The notes: generated by a model not told the origin, from the sequence alone. A DNA stretch of 64,000 nt from Candidatus Saccharimonadia bacterium (GCA_023253175.1 JALRHH010000001.1:364020-428019), one strand, 5' to 3'; counted from the stretch's first letter, positions 35,259 to 45,176 are shown. Numbers and translations: made by a program.

Positions 35259-35708
35259 CTACTCATTCCGGCGTGCAAAATATTCTTCGGTTTCTCGCAT
35301 GAATATCTCGGCAGTTTTAGGCCCCACTCCATACAGCTTCTGAAGGCGCTTTGATAGTTCATCTTCATTTTCGCTCTGTTCAATCATGAGCAGCAGGGAA
35401 CCATCGTAGAAATCCACGAGTTGCTGCATGCAAGTCTTGAGTGCATACGTCATAACATGCTGGTACCGTGTATAACCGCCTTGGCGAAGTAACGAAGTAA
35501 GCTTGCGGTCCTTTATCTGCACAATTGCCCATGGAAAATCTAATTTATTATCCAGGAACAGCTGCCACGTCTTAACCGCAACTGTTGACTGAATCGGTTT
35601 TCCGAGTAGAAATGTCATCAAAAACCACCGGAACAGATCGTCATCGTTATCGATTACATCCAGGTCAAAATCAGATGGACGATGGATAGGCCGCTTGCGG
35701 GCAGTCAT
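35259..35708 (-). CDS. HhH-GPD-superfamily-like protein that ends shortly after the helix-hairpin-helix
   Basis: LQKLYGVGPKTAEIFMRE lies 14 aa from the C-terminus. No downstream catalytic Asp segment. Confidence 0.5.
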   Translation of the reverse strand: MTARKRPIHRPSDFDLDVIDNDDDLFRWFLMTFLLGKPIQSTVAVKTWQLFLDNKLDFPWAIVQIKDRKLTSLLRQGGYTRYQHVMTYALKTCMQQLVDFYDGSLLLMIEQSENEDELSKRLQKLYGVGPKTAEIFMRETEEYFARRNE

Positions 35709-35793
35709 AGGCGCACTCCTTGTACAAGATAAGCTTCAGTATATATCCTGAGCTAATTTTAACTGTGAAGTATGCCGCTTTATAATAGGCAAT

Positions 35794-36300
35794 ATGATCG
35801 CATATCACGAAGTTCCACTTGATACCGTAGAAGCCGTGCTTTCCAGTGGCCTAAAACGAAGCTCGCGGGGAGCAAAGGGCATGGATGGTGACATTATCAA
35901 AACTGACATGTTTCTTGATGATAAACGCCCCAAACAGCTTGAGGGGCAAGGTATAAGTCGGGATCATAACATTTACGCGTATCTATACCTTAATAACCAA
36001 ATCATCGACATACGAACTGGCAATGGTATACCTTTACAAGATTTTATATCAAACAGTAACCAGGCAGTACTTAAGTTAGAAATCGACCCTCAGCGCTGTT
36101 ACGTTTCAGATCTTGATACCTATGATTCTCTGAAGAAAGCCATCGAAGACGGTGATAACAATGCAAAACTAGAGCAATTAGCTAAAAGTTATTGGGACAA
36201 GCTAATTCCCCTAGAGGAATATCGACCTCATGACATTTTACGTCCAGAAATTATGATTACTTACGATATCTTACCGGCTCAGATTTCACGGTGCAGCTAA
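35794..36300 (+). CDS. Hypothetical protein
   Basis: 168-aa ORF, divergent from 35259..35708. No family recognised. Confidence 0.5.
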   Translation: MIAYHEVPLDTVEAVLSSGLKRSSRGAKGMDGDIIKTDMFLDDKRPKQLEGQGISRDHNIYAYLYLNNQIIDIRTGNGIPLQDFISNSNQAVLKLEIDPQRCYVSDLDTYDSLKKAIEDGDNNAKLEQLAKSYWDKLIPLEEYRPHDILRPEIMITYDILPAQISRCS

Positions 36301-36379
36301 CCCAAATACAGTAAATAAGAGCCAGCGTAGTTATTTTTCTCACAGTTCATATAGATGGTGAAGTTTTATAGTACTCCTC

Positions 36380-37369
36380 ATGACATCACCGCAGTTGCAT
36401 ATTACTCGCCGTAAAAACCGAAATACCTATGATTATTTTGATGTTAACGAAAAGCGCATTACCGATAAAAGAATCATCGAACGCATCAATAAGCTTGCCA
36501 TTCCGCCTGCTTGGAGGAGGGTAGAAATCGCTCCTTCGGCCGCCGCCAAATTACAAGCAACAGGTTATGACTCTGCTGGCCGCAAACAGTCCATTTACCA
36601 CCCAACCTTCAGGCTGAGACAGGACGAGCAGAAATTCGAACGAATACTCCGTTTCGCAAGGGCACTCCCGAAATTACGCGCCCAAGCATCGCGTGACATG
36701 AACAGACGTACATTGTCTCGTGAGAAAGTCTTGGCACTGATTGTAACCCTAATGGACCAGGCTTATTTCCGCGTGGGCAATGAAACATCGGCCAAAGAGC
36801 AGGGCACATATGGCATTACTACGCTCCGCAGTAAACATGTCGACGCCAGCACAACCACCGTAGTATTTGACTTCACCGGCAAAAGTGGCCAGAAACAGCA
36901 TAAGGAAATCAATGACCGCAAAGTAGCCCGAATCATAAAACAGCTCGATGAGGCACCAGGATATGAGCTATTCCATTTTATTGATCATGAAGGGCAGAAG
37001 CAAAACATATCAGCCAGCGACGTAAACGAATATATCAAAGAGACGATGGGCGAGGAGTTTACGGCAAAAGACTTCAGAACCTGGGGTGGAACATTGCTTG
37101 CAACCAGCGCCGCACTAAAAGTCGACATCGATAAGGAAGCCGGTAAGACAGAACTAAAGAAAATGGTGACAACTATCGTCAAAAGTGTCGCCAAACGGCT
37201 CGGCAACACCCCAGCAATCGCCAGAAGTTCCTACATAGACCCACGCGTCATCGGCGCATTCGATGATAAAGAAACACTGCCAAAACTCAGGGAAGCTATG
37301 ACCAAAATGAAACCACGGAAGTATTTATCCATCGAAGAGCAATGCGTCATGAAGCTACTGTCAGGGTAA
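36380..37369 (+). CDS. DNA topoisomerase IB (poxvirus-type bacterial TopIB)
   Basis: INKLAIPPAW, GYDSAGRKQSIYHP, YGITTLR, FTAKDFRTWGGT, and ARSSYIDPRV carrying the catalytic Tyr. Confidence 0.9.
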   Translation: MTSPQLHITRRKNRNTYDYFDVNEKRITDKRIIERINKLAIPPAWRRVEIAPSAAAKLQATGYDSAGRKQSIYHPTFRLRQDEQKFERILRFARALPKLRAQASRDMNRRTLSREKVLALIVTLMDQAYFRVGNETSAKEQGTYGITTLRSKHVDASTTTVVFDFTGKSGQKQHKEINDRKVARIIKQLDEAPGYELFHFIDHEGQKQNISASDVNEYIKETMGEEFTAKDFRTWGGTLLATSAALKVDIDKEAGKTELKKMVTTIVKSVAKRLGNTPAIARSSYIDPRVIGAFDDKETLPKLREAMTKMKPRKYLSIEEQCVMKLLSG

Positions 37370-37560
37370 CAATCTCACGGGGAATCAGCCTTTGGCTGGA
37401 AACTGCGTCGCTTACTCGATGCAAGCATCTGCGTGAGCTTGCTATCCGTCGTCGCTTCGCTCCTTTGGGATAATCTGCAGCCGTGCTCGAAGCAAGCTTC
37501 TGTGCGCGACTTTGATTATCGCATCCCTTCGGGGTTCCATTTCACTCTGTGAAATGACCA

Positions 37561-37595
37561 TAGTAAAGGCCCCACGCAAGGTGGGGCCTTTACTA
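37561..37595 (-). terminator. Strong hairpin immediately 3' of tRNA-Glu
   Basis: 14-bp stem TAGTAAAGGCCCCA/TGGGGCCTTTACTA. No clear U-run. Confidence 0.55.
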
Positions 37596-37670
37596 TGGTG
37601 ACCTCACGGGGAATCGAACCCCGATTGCCAGGATGAGAACCTGGTGTCCTAACCGTTAGACGATGAGGCC
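37596..37670 (-). tRNA. tRNA-Glu (anticodon CTC), CCA encoded
   Basis: GGCCTCA-TC-GTCT-AACGGTTA-GGAC-A-CCAGG-TTCTCAT-CCTGG-CAAT-CGGGG-TTCGATT-CCCCG-TGAGGTC-A-CCA. Confidence 0.95.
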
Positions 37671-37895
37671 AGATGCGCAGGAAAGCGATTTTGTGTTTAC
37701 ATAAAATCATTTTCCGAGCAGCTGGGCTGATCTCGAAGAGATAAGGCCAATTTGCTCAAATGTGCATTAGACCACAAAATACTATCACAACAGAGACAAA
37801 TAGTCTAGATGTCAAATAGACTATTAATTGCATTAAGTAATTTTAGATGGTATAATTATCACCAAGTTCAACACCGAGATAAGGATGTGAAGAAC

Positions 37896-38810
37896 ATGTA
37901 CCTTTTGTGGATGATTGCAGGATCTGTCATCTTGCTGCTCGTGATCGTGCTGGCACCAAGACGCCGCCGCGTCGCGATCAAGCGGATGCTCTTCGGCAAG
38001 GCCATCAACGACTGGCTGGCCTCGTTCTCCGAGGTTCCGCGCCAACTGGACAAGCTGGCCGCCGTACCTCCGCCACCAAAAGGGTGGGACACCCTGCGGG
38101 AGGTGAGGGACGCCCAGGCCGCGATCGAGCGAGCTCGCGAGCTGATCGAGGACGACGCCAGGTACCAGCGCCAGTTCGAGAAGCAGCAAGCCGAGATGGC
38201 CACCCAGGTGATCAACTTCCGCACCCGCGGCGACTACCTGGAGCACCATGACGAGCTGATCGAGCTCGCCAAGCAGCCGCACCTGATGTCCGACGCCGAC
38301 AAGAACTGGGTCGCCGAGCAGGTCAACGCCAACGCCGTCGCCAAGGCCGACCTCTTGCTCGACAGAGCCAGGAAGGGCGACCGGCAGAGCTTCATCGAGC
38401 TGATGACGTTCGCGCCGGAGTACAGTGCCTCCAGCGGACTCAACTGGCTGGACTTCTACTCCGGACAGACCGGCAAGCCCTACGAGGCACCGAAGGACTG
38501 GAACAAGCTGGTCGTGAGGTACTTCGAGAACCCCTCCCTGGACGACTTCCGGAACATCAGTGCGAATCGACTGACTCCGGGAGACTGTCGCCTGATGGCC
38601 GCCTCGGCGCTTCAGGAGGAGTCACTCGTACTCGGTCAGATCGTTCTCGCGCTCTGCAAGATCGGCAACAACGACTCCAGCTACAGGCCGAGCACCAGCT
38701 TCCCTTGGCGGGACGAGATCGGTGCCGTACTCCTGGCCGACGTCACCAAGATGGTTCGCCGGCTGCAGAAGCAGGAGCAGGTCGCCTTCAGCCACACCAC
38801 AACTGAATAG
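37896..38810 (+). CDS. Membrane-anchored hypothetical protein (high-GC island)
   Basis: I prefer the ATG at 37896 (AAGGA upstream). The GC shift begins there. The N-terminal TM helix is LLWMIAGSVILLLVIVLA. The track ORF starts at 37809. Confidence 0.6.
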   Translation: MYLLWMIAGSVILLLVIVLAPRRRRVAIKRMLFGKAINDWLASFSEVPRQLDKLAAVPPPPKGWDTLREVRDAQAAIERARELIEDDARYQRQFEKQQAEMATQVINFRTRGDYLEHHDELIELAKQPHLMSDADKNWVAEQVNANAVAKADLLLDRARKGDRQSFIELMTFAPEYSASSGLNWLDFYSGQTGKPYEAPKDWNKLVVRYFENPSLDDFRNISANRLTPGDCRLMAASALQEESLVLGQIVLALCKIGNNDSSYRPSTSFPWRDEIGAVLLADVTKMVRRLQKQEQVAFSHTTTE

Positions 38811-38821
38811 CCCAACTCGCT

Positions 38822-38887
38822 GTAGAGCCCAACCCGAAGGTGTGTATTTGCCCTTTGGCGAATACGTTCCTCCGGGTTGGGCTCTAC
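38822..38887 (+). terminator. Long hairpin closing the high-GC island
   Basis: 15-nt arms GTAGAGCCCAACCCG (38822-38836) and CGGGTTGGGCTCTAC (38873-38887). Confidence 0.5.
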
Positions 38888-39013
38888 TTATATATGGGGG
38901 GTAAAAATCTCGGTTTTCTCCTATAGCGACATAAACATAACTGTTATAATACCTACAAGTACGTCCCTTGAGATAACTCCCTGGGTGGGAAACAGGGGAC
39001 GATATTTACAGAT

Positions 39014-40750
39014 ATGCAAGCAGTCAATCGTAAATGGTACATAGCCTACAGATGGGTCACGCTGGTGGTAGCGAGCTTGTTTTTGGTGCTCGGAATTATT
39101 GCCTGGACCGTCCCAGAACTGCTGCCGATTGCAAGTTTCAAGGATGTCAGTTACTTCAGTGGGGGACTAGCCATCTTAACAATTGTATATGCGATCTTTG
39201 GCTACGATAGGGTTGCAGCCAAACGATCACACCTCGAATCAATGCTGATCCTTGCTATGGTGCAAGCGACACTGACGCTCAGCCTTGTCCAGACAACCGG
39301 CAAGATGCAGTCCATCTTCCTCATATGGTGGGGCATTATGTCGTTTATGGCACCGATCTTCGGCATCTACGGCAGCGGTGGAACCGCATTTGTCAGCGTT
39401 ATTTACTTCATCCTAATGTCAACAAACACCGAGGGTCATACTGATTACACAGTTCAGAATTTGGCAATTCTTGGCTCTGTCCTAATCGCTACAGGCATCG
39501 GGCATCTGTTCTGGAAACGCTTTTTTGTTGATTCCGAGACAGAGAAAGTCGCGCTGTTATCTGGTGAACTTAAAGCTAACCAAAAACAGTCAGAGATCCT
39601 CGTACAGGCCCTGACAGACGGCGTACTACTCGTAAGCCCAGACGGCACTATCACACTCATGAATCCCGCAGCAGCGCGCATGACAGGCTGGGAGGTCAGT
39701 GAAGGAACCGGGGCAGATAGCCGACTGGTTGTCTCGTTCAAAAAAGAAGACGGCTCTGATCTTGAAAAAGAAGAAAACCCTCTCGAACACATCATTAACA
39801 AGGGCGTCGGTGAAACTGCCACGTTGCAGCTCGTTCACCGCAGCAGTAGCTGGTTAATCGTATCCGTCGTCACATCACCGCTCGTTAACCCTAAAACCCA
39901 AGAAAACATCGGTGGTGTCATCGTGATCAGAGACATTAGCGCCACGCACCAATCCGATAAACAACGTGCAGAATTCATTAGTACAGCCAGTCACGAAATG
40001 CGTACGCCAGTTGCTGCTATCGAAGGTTATTTGCAGCTTGCCTTGAACGAAAAGGTATCGAAAATTGACCCTAAGGCCCGTGATTATTTAACAAAGGCGC
40101 TTGAGTCCACTCATCACCTTGGACAACTCTTCCAGGACCTTCTAACAAGTGCAAAAGCAGAGGATGGCCGCCTTGTCAGTCACCCGGAAGTTGTCGAAAT
40201 GGGTGAATACATCGAAAATCTGTCTGAATCGTTCAAATTCTCGGCTGAAAAGAAGGGGCTGCTCACCAATTTTGTCTTTGGTAAAAGTAGCACTGATGCA
40301 GAGCATGTGATTCGGCCGCTCTACTACGTAAATGTTGACCCGGATAGACTGCGCGAAGTTGTCACCAATCTTTTCGATAATGCGGTCAAATACACCCCAA
40401 GCGGCAAAATAACCCTAGGACTGACAGGTAATAATGATGTCATTCAGATTTTCGTCAAAGACACCGGTCCCGGCATTGCAGCAGAGGATATCCCACATTT
40501 ATTCCAAAAGTTCTACCGCGTTGATAATTCTGCCACCAGGACCATCGGCGGTACAGGTCTGGGTCTCTTCATTTGTAAGAAGATCATCGAGCTATACAAC
40601 GGCCGTATCTGGGCTGAGAGCGAGGTCGGCAAGGGTAGCACCTTCTACATTAACCTCCCAAGGCTAACCAACCAGCAGGCCGATACGCTTAGGCTACAAG
40701 GCTCCCAGCAGGCTCCGGCGCCAATCAGTTCATTAACCACGCCAGTCTAG
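39014..40750 (+). CDS. Sensor histidine kinase (multi-TM, PAS, HisKA, HATPase_c)
   Basis: H-box SHEMRTPVA, N-box NLFDNAVKYT, then DTGPGI and GTGLGLFI. Confidence 0.92.
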   Translation: MQAVNRKWYIAYRWVTLVVASLFLVLGIIAWTVPELLPIASFKDVSYFSGGLAILTIVYAIFGYDRVAAKRSHLESMLILAMVQATLTLSLVQTTGKMQSIFLIWWGIMSFMAPIFGIYGSGGTAFVSVIYFILMSTNTEGHTDYTVQNLAILGSVLIATGIGHLFWKRFFVDSETEKVALLSGELKANQKQSEILVQALTDGVLLVSPDGTITLMNPAAARMTGWEVSEGTGADSRLVVSFKKEDGSDLEKEENPLEHIINKGVGETATLQLVHRSSSWLIVSVVTSPLVNPKTQENIGGVIVIRDISATHQSDKQRAEFISTASHEMRTPVAAIEGYLQLALNEKVSKIDPKARDYLTKALESTHHLGQLFQDLLTSAKAEDGRLVSHPEVVEMGEYIENLSESFKFSAEKKGLLTNFVFGKSSTDAEHVIRPLYYVNVDPDRLREVVTNLFDNAVKYTPSGKITLGLTGNNDVIQIFVKDTGPGIAAEDIPHLFQKFYRVDNSATRTIGGTGLGLFICKKIIELYNGRIWAESEVGKGSTFYINLPRLTNQQADTLRLQGSQQAPAPISSLTTPV

Positions 40751-40833
40751 GGGTTGAAATATGGCACGCCGTGATACAATTACAGACATAAGCATAAACA
40801 ACATACAACGTAACTAAGAGGGCTATAAAAACT

Positions 40834-42354
40834 ATGGCAAAAATTATGCTCGTCGAGGACGACAACAACCTACGCGAAATATATGAAGCTCGTCTCTTGG
40901 CCGAAGGATACGAAATTGTCGCTGCCAAAGATGGTGAGGATGCGCTCGCACTTGCCGTCAAAGAAAAGCCAGATCTTATTATTTCTGATGTTATGATGCC
41001 TAAAATCAGCGGTTTTGACATGCTCGACATCCTGCGCAGTACCCCTGAAACCAAGAACACAAAGGTTATCATGATGACTGCCCTCAGCCAGGCAGAGGAC
41101 AAGGGCCGCGCGGACAGACTGGGCGCCGACCGATATCTCGTTAAGTCACAGGTGACACTTGAAGATGTTGCCAAGGTTGCAGAAGAGGTCTTATCAGGCG
41201 AAGCTGCGCCCGTCACAGCCGCCCCGGCTAGCCCGGCACCAGACCCAACAGTAGCTCAAGCTCCAGCGACTGCCCCAGAACCAATTGCTGTAACACCCCC
41301 GCCGGAACCTCCCGTTACTGCCCCCAGCGCTCCTGTTGCGCCGGATCCAGCACCTGTTACAGCTCCAGTGGCCGAAACCACACCGCCAACACCTACCTCA
41401 ATACCAGTTGTAGACCCTGCGCCAACGGCCGTGACGCCAGTAGTCGAAGAGCCCGCAGCGGTAGCAGAGCCGGCAAGTGCACCAACACCAACAGCAATTC
41501 CCGTCGTTAATGTATCAACTCCGGTAGTCGAAACTCCTGCGTCTCCGGAACAATCTCCAGAAGCGCCAGTCGCGCCAACGGAGCCAGTACAAGAAACTGC
41601 ACCAGATCCAACCCCAAGCGAACCACAGGCGCCAACAGCAGAGATGCCCACAATTGCAGAAGAGCTGACACAAACCTCCCAAGAAGAAGCTGATGCCGCT
41701 GAAACACAAATCAATGAAATACTCGCCCAAGCTGTTGAGCCAGACACAGCCGTGGAAGCACCTGCGGCCGTTGCAGCAGAAACCCCCGCCGCTGAAACAC
41801 AGCCAGAAGTAATTGAAGTAGCACAAACACCTCCACCAACAGAGGTAGATGGCATCAATCAGCCTGTCTTTACGAGTCCCGCGGAAGCTGCACCTGTAGA
41901 CAATACAGCTCCAAGTCCAGAAACACCAATAGAGGCAACTCAGACAGCTCCCGCAAATGCAGAGCAAGTCTTTGCACCAACTGCGCCAAATGTACCCTCA
42001 CCAGAGCCGGTATCAACACCCCCTCAGAACCCAATTAATCAGCCAGTACCCCCGACGCCAGCGGCCGTAAACAACCCTGACAGCGCAATCACCGGCGGTC
42101 AGCGGGTTATTCAGCCAATCAATGACCTGAGCAGCAAGCCAGATCTTAGTGAACTCCTCAAAAAAGAAGAAGCAAAAGCTGATGCCCTCAATACTACAGC
42201 AGCTCCAATGGCCCCAGCTGCAGAACAAGTTGTGATTCCGGGTGCGACCACGCAGCCAAACACCGTTGCGCCAAATGTACCTGGTACCGATGAAAAACCA
42301 GCTACGCCTCCACCAACTGGCAGCGTAATCTCCCCGAACGACATCGCACTATAG
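40834..42354 (+). CDS. Response regulator receiver domain fused to a ~380-aa Pro/Ala/Thr/Glu-rich low-complexity extension
   Basis: REC domain MAKIMLVEDD...DLIISDVMMPKISG...MTALSQ...GADRYLVKSQ. The rest is PAPT-rich, with no recognisable output domain. Confidence 0.85.
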   Translation: MAKIMLVEDDNNLREIYEARLLAEGYEIVAAKDGEDALALAVKEKPDLIISDVMMPKISGFDMLDILRSTPETKNTKVIMMTALSQAEDKGRADRLGADRYLVKSQVTLEDVAKVAEEVLSGEAAPVTAAPASPAPDPTVAQAPATAPEPIAVTPPPEPPVTAPSAPVAPDPAPVTAPVAETTPPTPTSIPVVDPAPTAVTPVVEEPAAVAEPASAPTPTAIPVVNVSTPVVETPASPEQSPEAPVAPTEPVQETAPDPTPSEPQAPTAEMPTIAEELTQTSQEEADAAETQINEILAQAVEPDTAVEAPAAVAAETPAAETQPEVIEVAQTPPPTEVDGINQPVFTSPAEAAPVDNTAPSPETPIEATQTAPANAEQVFAPTAPNVPSPEPVSTPPQNPINQPVPPTPAAVNNPDSAITGGQRVIQPINDLSSKPDLSELLKKEEAKADALNTTAAPMAPAAEQVVIPGATTQPNTVAPNVPGTDEKPATPPPTGSVISPNDIAL

Positions 42355-42369
42355 TCTATACTAGGCAGC

Positions 42370-43026
42370 ATGAGATTAAATAAGTACCTTGCACTGGCAA
42401 CGGGCATGAGTCGTCGTGCCGCTGATAACGCCATTGATGATGGCCGTGTGCTTGTCAATAACAAGCGGCCAGAACAGGGTATTCAGATATCAGATCATGA
42501 TGTCGTCACGCTTGACGGCAATGTAGCCTCGCCCAAGCAGCACGTCACGATTATGCTCAATAAGCAGATTGGTTACGTTTGTTCCAGGGATGGACAGGGC
42601 AGTAAAACCATCTATGATTTATTACCAGAAAGCTACTATAACCTAAAACCGATTGGGCGGCTTGATAAAAACTCTTCTGGTCTCTTACTCCTTACAAATG
42701 ATGGGAATCTCGCAAACGAGCTGACCCACCCAAGCAGGCAAAAGGTTAAAATCTACGAAGTTACGCTTAATCAGCCGCTGCAGCCTTTGCATCGTCAGAT
42801 GATCAGTGATTTTGGCATTGAACTTGAAGATGGTCTCAGTAAATTTGAACTAGAACGACGTACCGATGATGATAGAGACTGGATTGTCGCTATGCACGAA
42901 GGCCGCAACCGTCAAATTAGACGTACATTCAAGGCACTCGACTACACCGTCATTAAGCTCCACCGCACCCACTTTGGCCCTTATATACTTGCAGATCTCA
43001 AGCCGGGAAAAACAAAGAATATTTAG
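42370..43026 (+). CDS. Pseudouridine synthase, RsuA/RluB family (S4 domain plus catalytic domain)
   Basis: MRLNKYLA...SRR (S4 domain) and GRLDKNSSGLLLLTNDG (catalytic Asp motif). Confidence 0.9.
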   Translation: MRLNKYLALATGMSRRAADNAIDDGRVLVNNKRPEQGIQISDHDVVTLDGNVASPKQHVTIMLNKQIGYVCSRDGQGSKTIYDLLPESYYNLKPIGRLDKNSSGLLLLTNDGNLANELTHPSRQKVKIYEVTLNQPLQPLHRQMISDFGIELEDGLSKFELERRTDDDRDWIVAMHEGRNRQIRRTFKALDYTVIKLHRTHFGPYILADLKPGKTKNI

Positions 43027-43090
43027 ATATATTTAAATATAATTATATCATACTTGTCAATAGTAGGTACCTCTGTTATACTAGTATCTA

Positions 43091-44509
43091 ATGAGTAAGA
43101 AACTCCCTATTGTCGCTATCGTTGGTCGAGCTAACGTTGGCAAGTCCAGCTTGTTCAACAGCATCCTCGAACGCCGAGAAGCAATCGTTGCACGCGAAGC
43201 GGGTACAACCCGTGATTCTTTGTGGGCGCGCGCACAGCACAATGACCAGAACTTCTGGCTCATTGACACCGCTGGCATGAAGGACGCCGAAGATGAATTC
43301 GAGCTGACAATTCAAGAGCAAATTAGCGAGGCTACGGCCGCTGCTGATGTTATTTGGGTCGTGATTGAGGCTGACGTGCCAATTACCGAAGAAGACCGCC
43401 GCGTCGCGACCATGGCGCTCAAAAGCCGTAAGCCAGTCATGCTCGTCGTCAACAAGTCTGACAAGGCCAAGAAAGCTACCATCGATGAATACAGGCGCCT
43501 CGGCATTAAAGAGATATTCCTAACGAGTAGCACCCAGCACAAGGGCATAGACATGCTCCTAGATGCACTCACCGATGCCATCCCCAAGGTTATTGAACGC
43601 GAGCCCGACAATGTACTACGTATTGCGCTGCTTGGTCGTCCAAATGTTGGGAAATCGTACTTATTCAATACACTCGCCAAAAAGCAGCAGGCGATTGTTG
43701 CTGACCGTGCTGGTACAACACGCGATATTAACCGCGCTGCCATTCGCTACGAAAAGCGCGACATTGAACTGCTTGACACCGCTGGTATTCGCCGTAGTGG
43801 CAAGATCGAAAAGGGCATTGAAAAGTTTAGCGTCATTAGATCAATTGCCGCAATTGAACAGGCCGATATTTGTCTGCTTCTGATGGATGCGAACGAGCTC
43901 AACACCGGACTAGACCAGAAAATCGCCGGCATGATCAAAGAAGCAGGCAAGGGCATGATCCTTGTTGTGAGCAAGTGGGACATTAAGGAAAAAGATCCGT
44001 TTACGCGCGATCAGCTCGCTGCCGAAATCCGTCAGACCTACGACTTTGTGCCATGGGCACCGCTCATCTTTACCAGCAGCGTAACTGGTCAGAACGTTAC
44101 TAAAATCTTTGAACTTGCCCTTGAAATCGTTGAAGAGCGCAAGAAAAAGATCAAAACAAGGGAACTCAATAGCTGGCTCCGTGAAATTGTTGACCGTCAT
44201 CCACCAGCTGGCCTTAAAAACCGCATGCCAAAGCTCAACTACATCATCCAAGAAGACGATAATGACTCACCGAACTTCAAGGTATACGGGTCGCACACCA
44301 AGCTGCTGCACTGGAGCTACAAGCGCTACATGGAACGGGAACTTCGTGAAAAGTACGGCTTTAACGGTACTGGCCTTCGGTTCTGGTTCTTCGAAAAGCA
44401 TGTCACTCACAAGCACGGTGTCAGCCCGACCCGCGCCGACAACACAGCCCTGCAGCGCCACAACATCAAGAAGCGCAACTGGGGCAAGAAGCCTAAAGAA
44501 GAAGCCTAG
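43091..44509 (+). CDS. der: Ribosome-biogenesis GTPase Der (EngA)
   Basis: Two G domains (GRANVGKSSLFN and GRPNVGKSYLFN, each with DTAG and NK.D), followed by a KH-like C-terminal domain. Confidence 0.95.
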   Translation: MSKKLPIVAIVGRANVGKSSLFNSILERREAIVAREAGTTRDSLWARAQHNDQNFWLIDTAGMKDAEDEFELTIQEQISEATAAADVIWVVIEADVPITEEDRRVATMALKSRKPVMLVVNKSDKAKKATIDEYRRLGIKEIFLTSSTQHKGIDMLLDALTDAIPKVIEREPDNVLRIALLGRPNVGKSYLFNTLAKKQQAIVADRAGTTRDINRAAIRYEKRDIELLDTAGIRRSGKIEKGIEKFSVIRSIAAIEQADICLLLMDANELNTGLDQKIAGMIKEAGKGMILVVSKWDIKEKDPFTRDQLAAEIRQTYDFVPWAPLIFTSSVTGQNVTKIFELALEIVEERKKKIKTRELNSWLREIVDRHPPAGLKNRMPKLNYIIQEDDNDSPNFKVYGSHTKLLHWSYKRYMERELREKYGFNGTGLRFWFFEKHVTHKHGVSPTRADNTALQRHNIKKRNWGKKPKEEA

Positions 44510-44543
44510 TATTCGCTGGCTGCTTTCTGTATCCTAATAATCA

Positions 44544-45176
44544 ATGGCTTTATTTCAGAAGAAACCCGATGTGAGCTCAAATCTCCCAGTGTACTCACTT
44601 GGCCTAACTAAGACACTGCTCATTGTCGGCCTCGGTAATATTGGCAAGAAATACGATGGCACGCGCCACAACATTGGCTTTGCGGCGCTTGACGAAGTCG
44701 CCAGTAATCAGGGCTTTGACCCCTGGATCGAGAAAAAGGACCTAAAGTGTCACATCACCCAAAAAACCGTTGGCGATAATCGAGTTATTCTCTGCAAACC
44801 AACCACCTATATGAACCTGAGCGGGGAAGCCGTGCAGGCCCTCAGCCATTTCTACAAAATACCACTCCAGCAAATTGTTGCGGTTCACGACGAGTTAGAC
44901 ATTCCATTCGGCCAGATTAGAACCCGCACCGGGGGTAGCAGCGCGGGACACAACGGCATCAAGTCAATCACCCAGCATATGGGTGAGGATTACGGCCGTA
45001 TCCGCATTGGCGTTGGGGCAGAAACCCCAATGGAAACAAGTGATTTCGTGCTCGCCAAATTCAGCAAAGACGAGCAAACGCATATGAATGCACTCCTCAA
45101 AGAAACCAATGCCATCCTCACAGAATACATGTATAGCGCCCAGCTCCTATCAGAGACGCGAAGCTTCATCTTTTAA
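44544..45176 (+). CDS. pth: Peptidyl-tRNA hydrolase
   Basis: LIVGLGNIGKKYDGTRHNIGF, YMNLSGEAV, GGSSAGHNGIKS. Confidence 0.95.
   Translation: MALFQKKPDVSSNLPVYSLGLTKTLLIVGLGNIGKKYDGTRHNIGFAALDEVASNQGFDPWIEKKDLKCHITQKTVGDNRVILCKPTTYMNLSGEAVQALSHFYKIPLQQIVAVHDELDIPFGQIRTRTGGSSAGHNGIKSITQHMGEDYGRIRIGVGAETPMETSDFVLAKFSKDEQTHMNALLKETNAILTEYMYSAQLLSETRSFIF

Noticed and set aside
35794-36300. Possible ADP-ribosyltransferase-like (DarT/Tpt1-like H-Y-E) reading of the 168-aa protein (AYHEVPLDTVEAVLSSGL..., YAYLYL, PEIMITYD)
   Set aside because: The idea rests on a few short motif resemblances seen by eye. There is no adjacent macrodomain or antitoxin candidate, so this is too weak to claim without a profile or structure search.
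37833-38443. Antisense and alternative-frame ORFs in island 2
   Set aside because: Same compositional artefact as in island 1.
41256-42464. Minus-strand ORFs of 117-200 aa opposite the response-regulator tail
   Set aside because: They are the antisense reading of the GC-rich, repetitive Pro/Ala/Thr codons. They are Gly/Ser/Ala/Val-rich with no start context.
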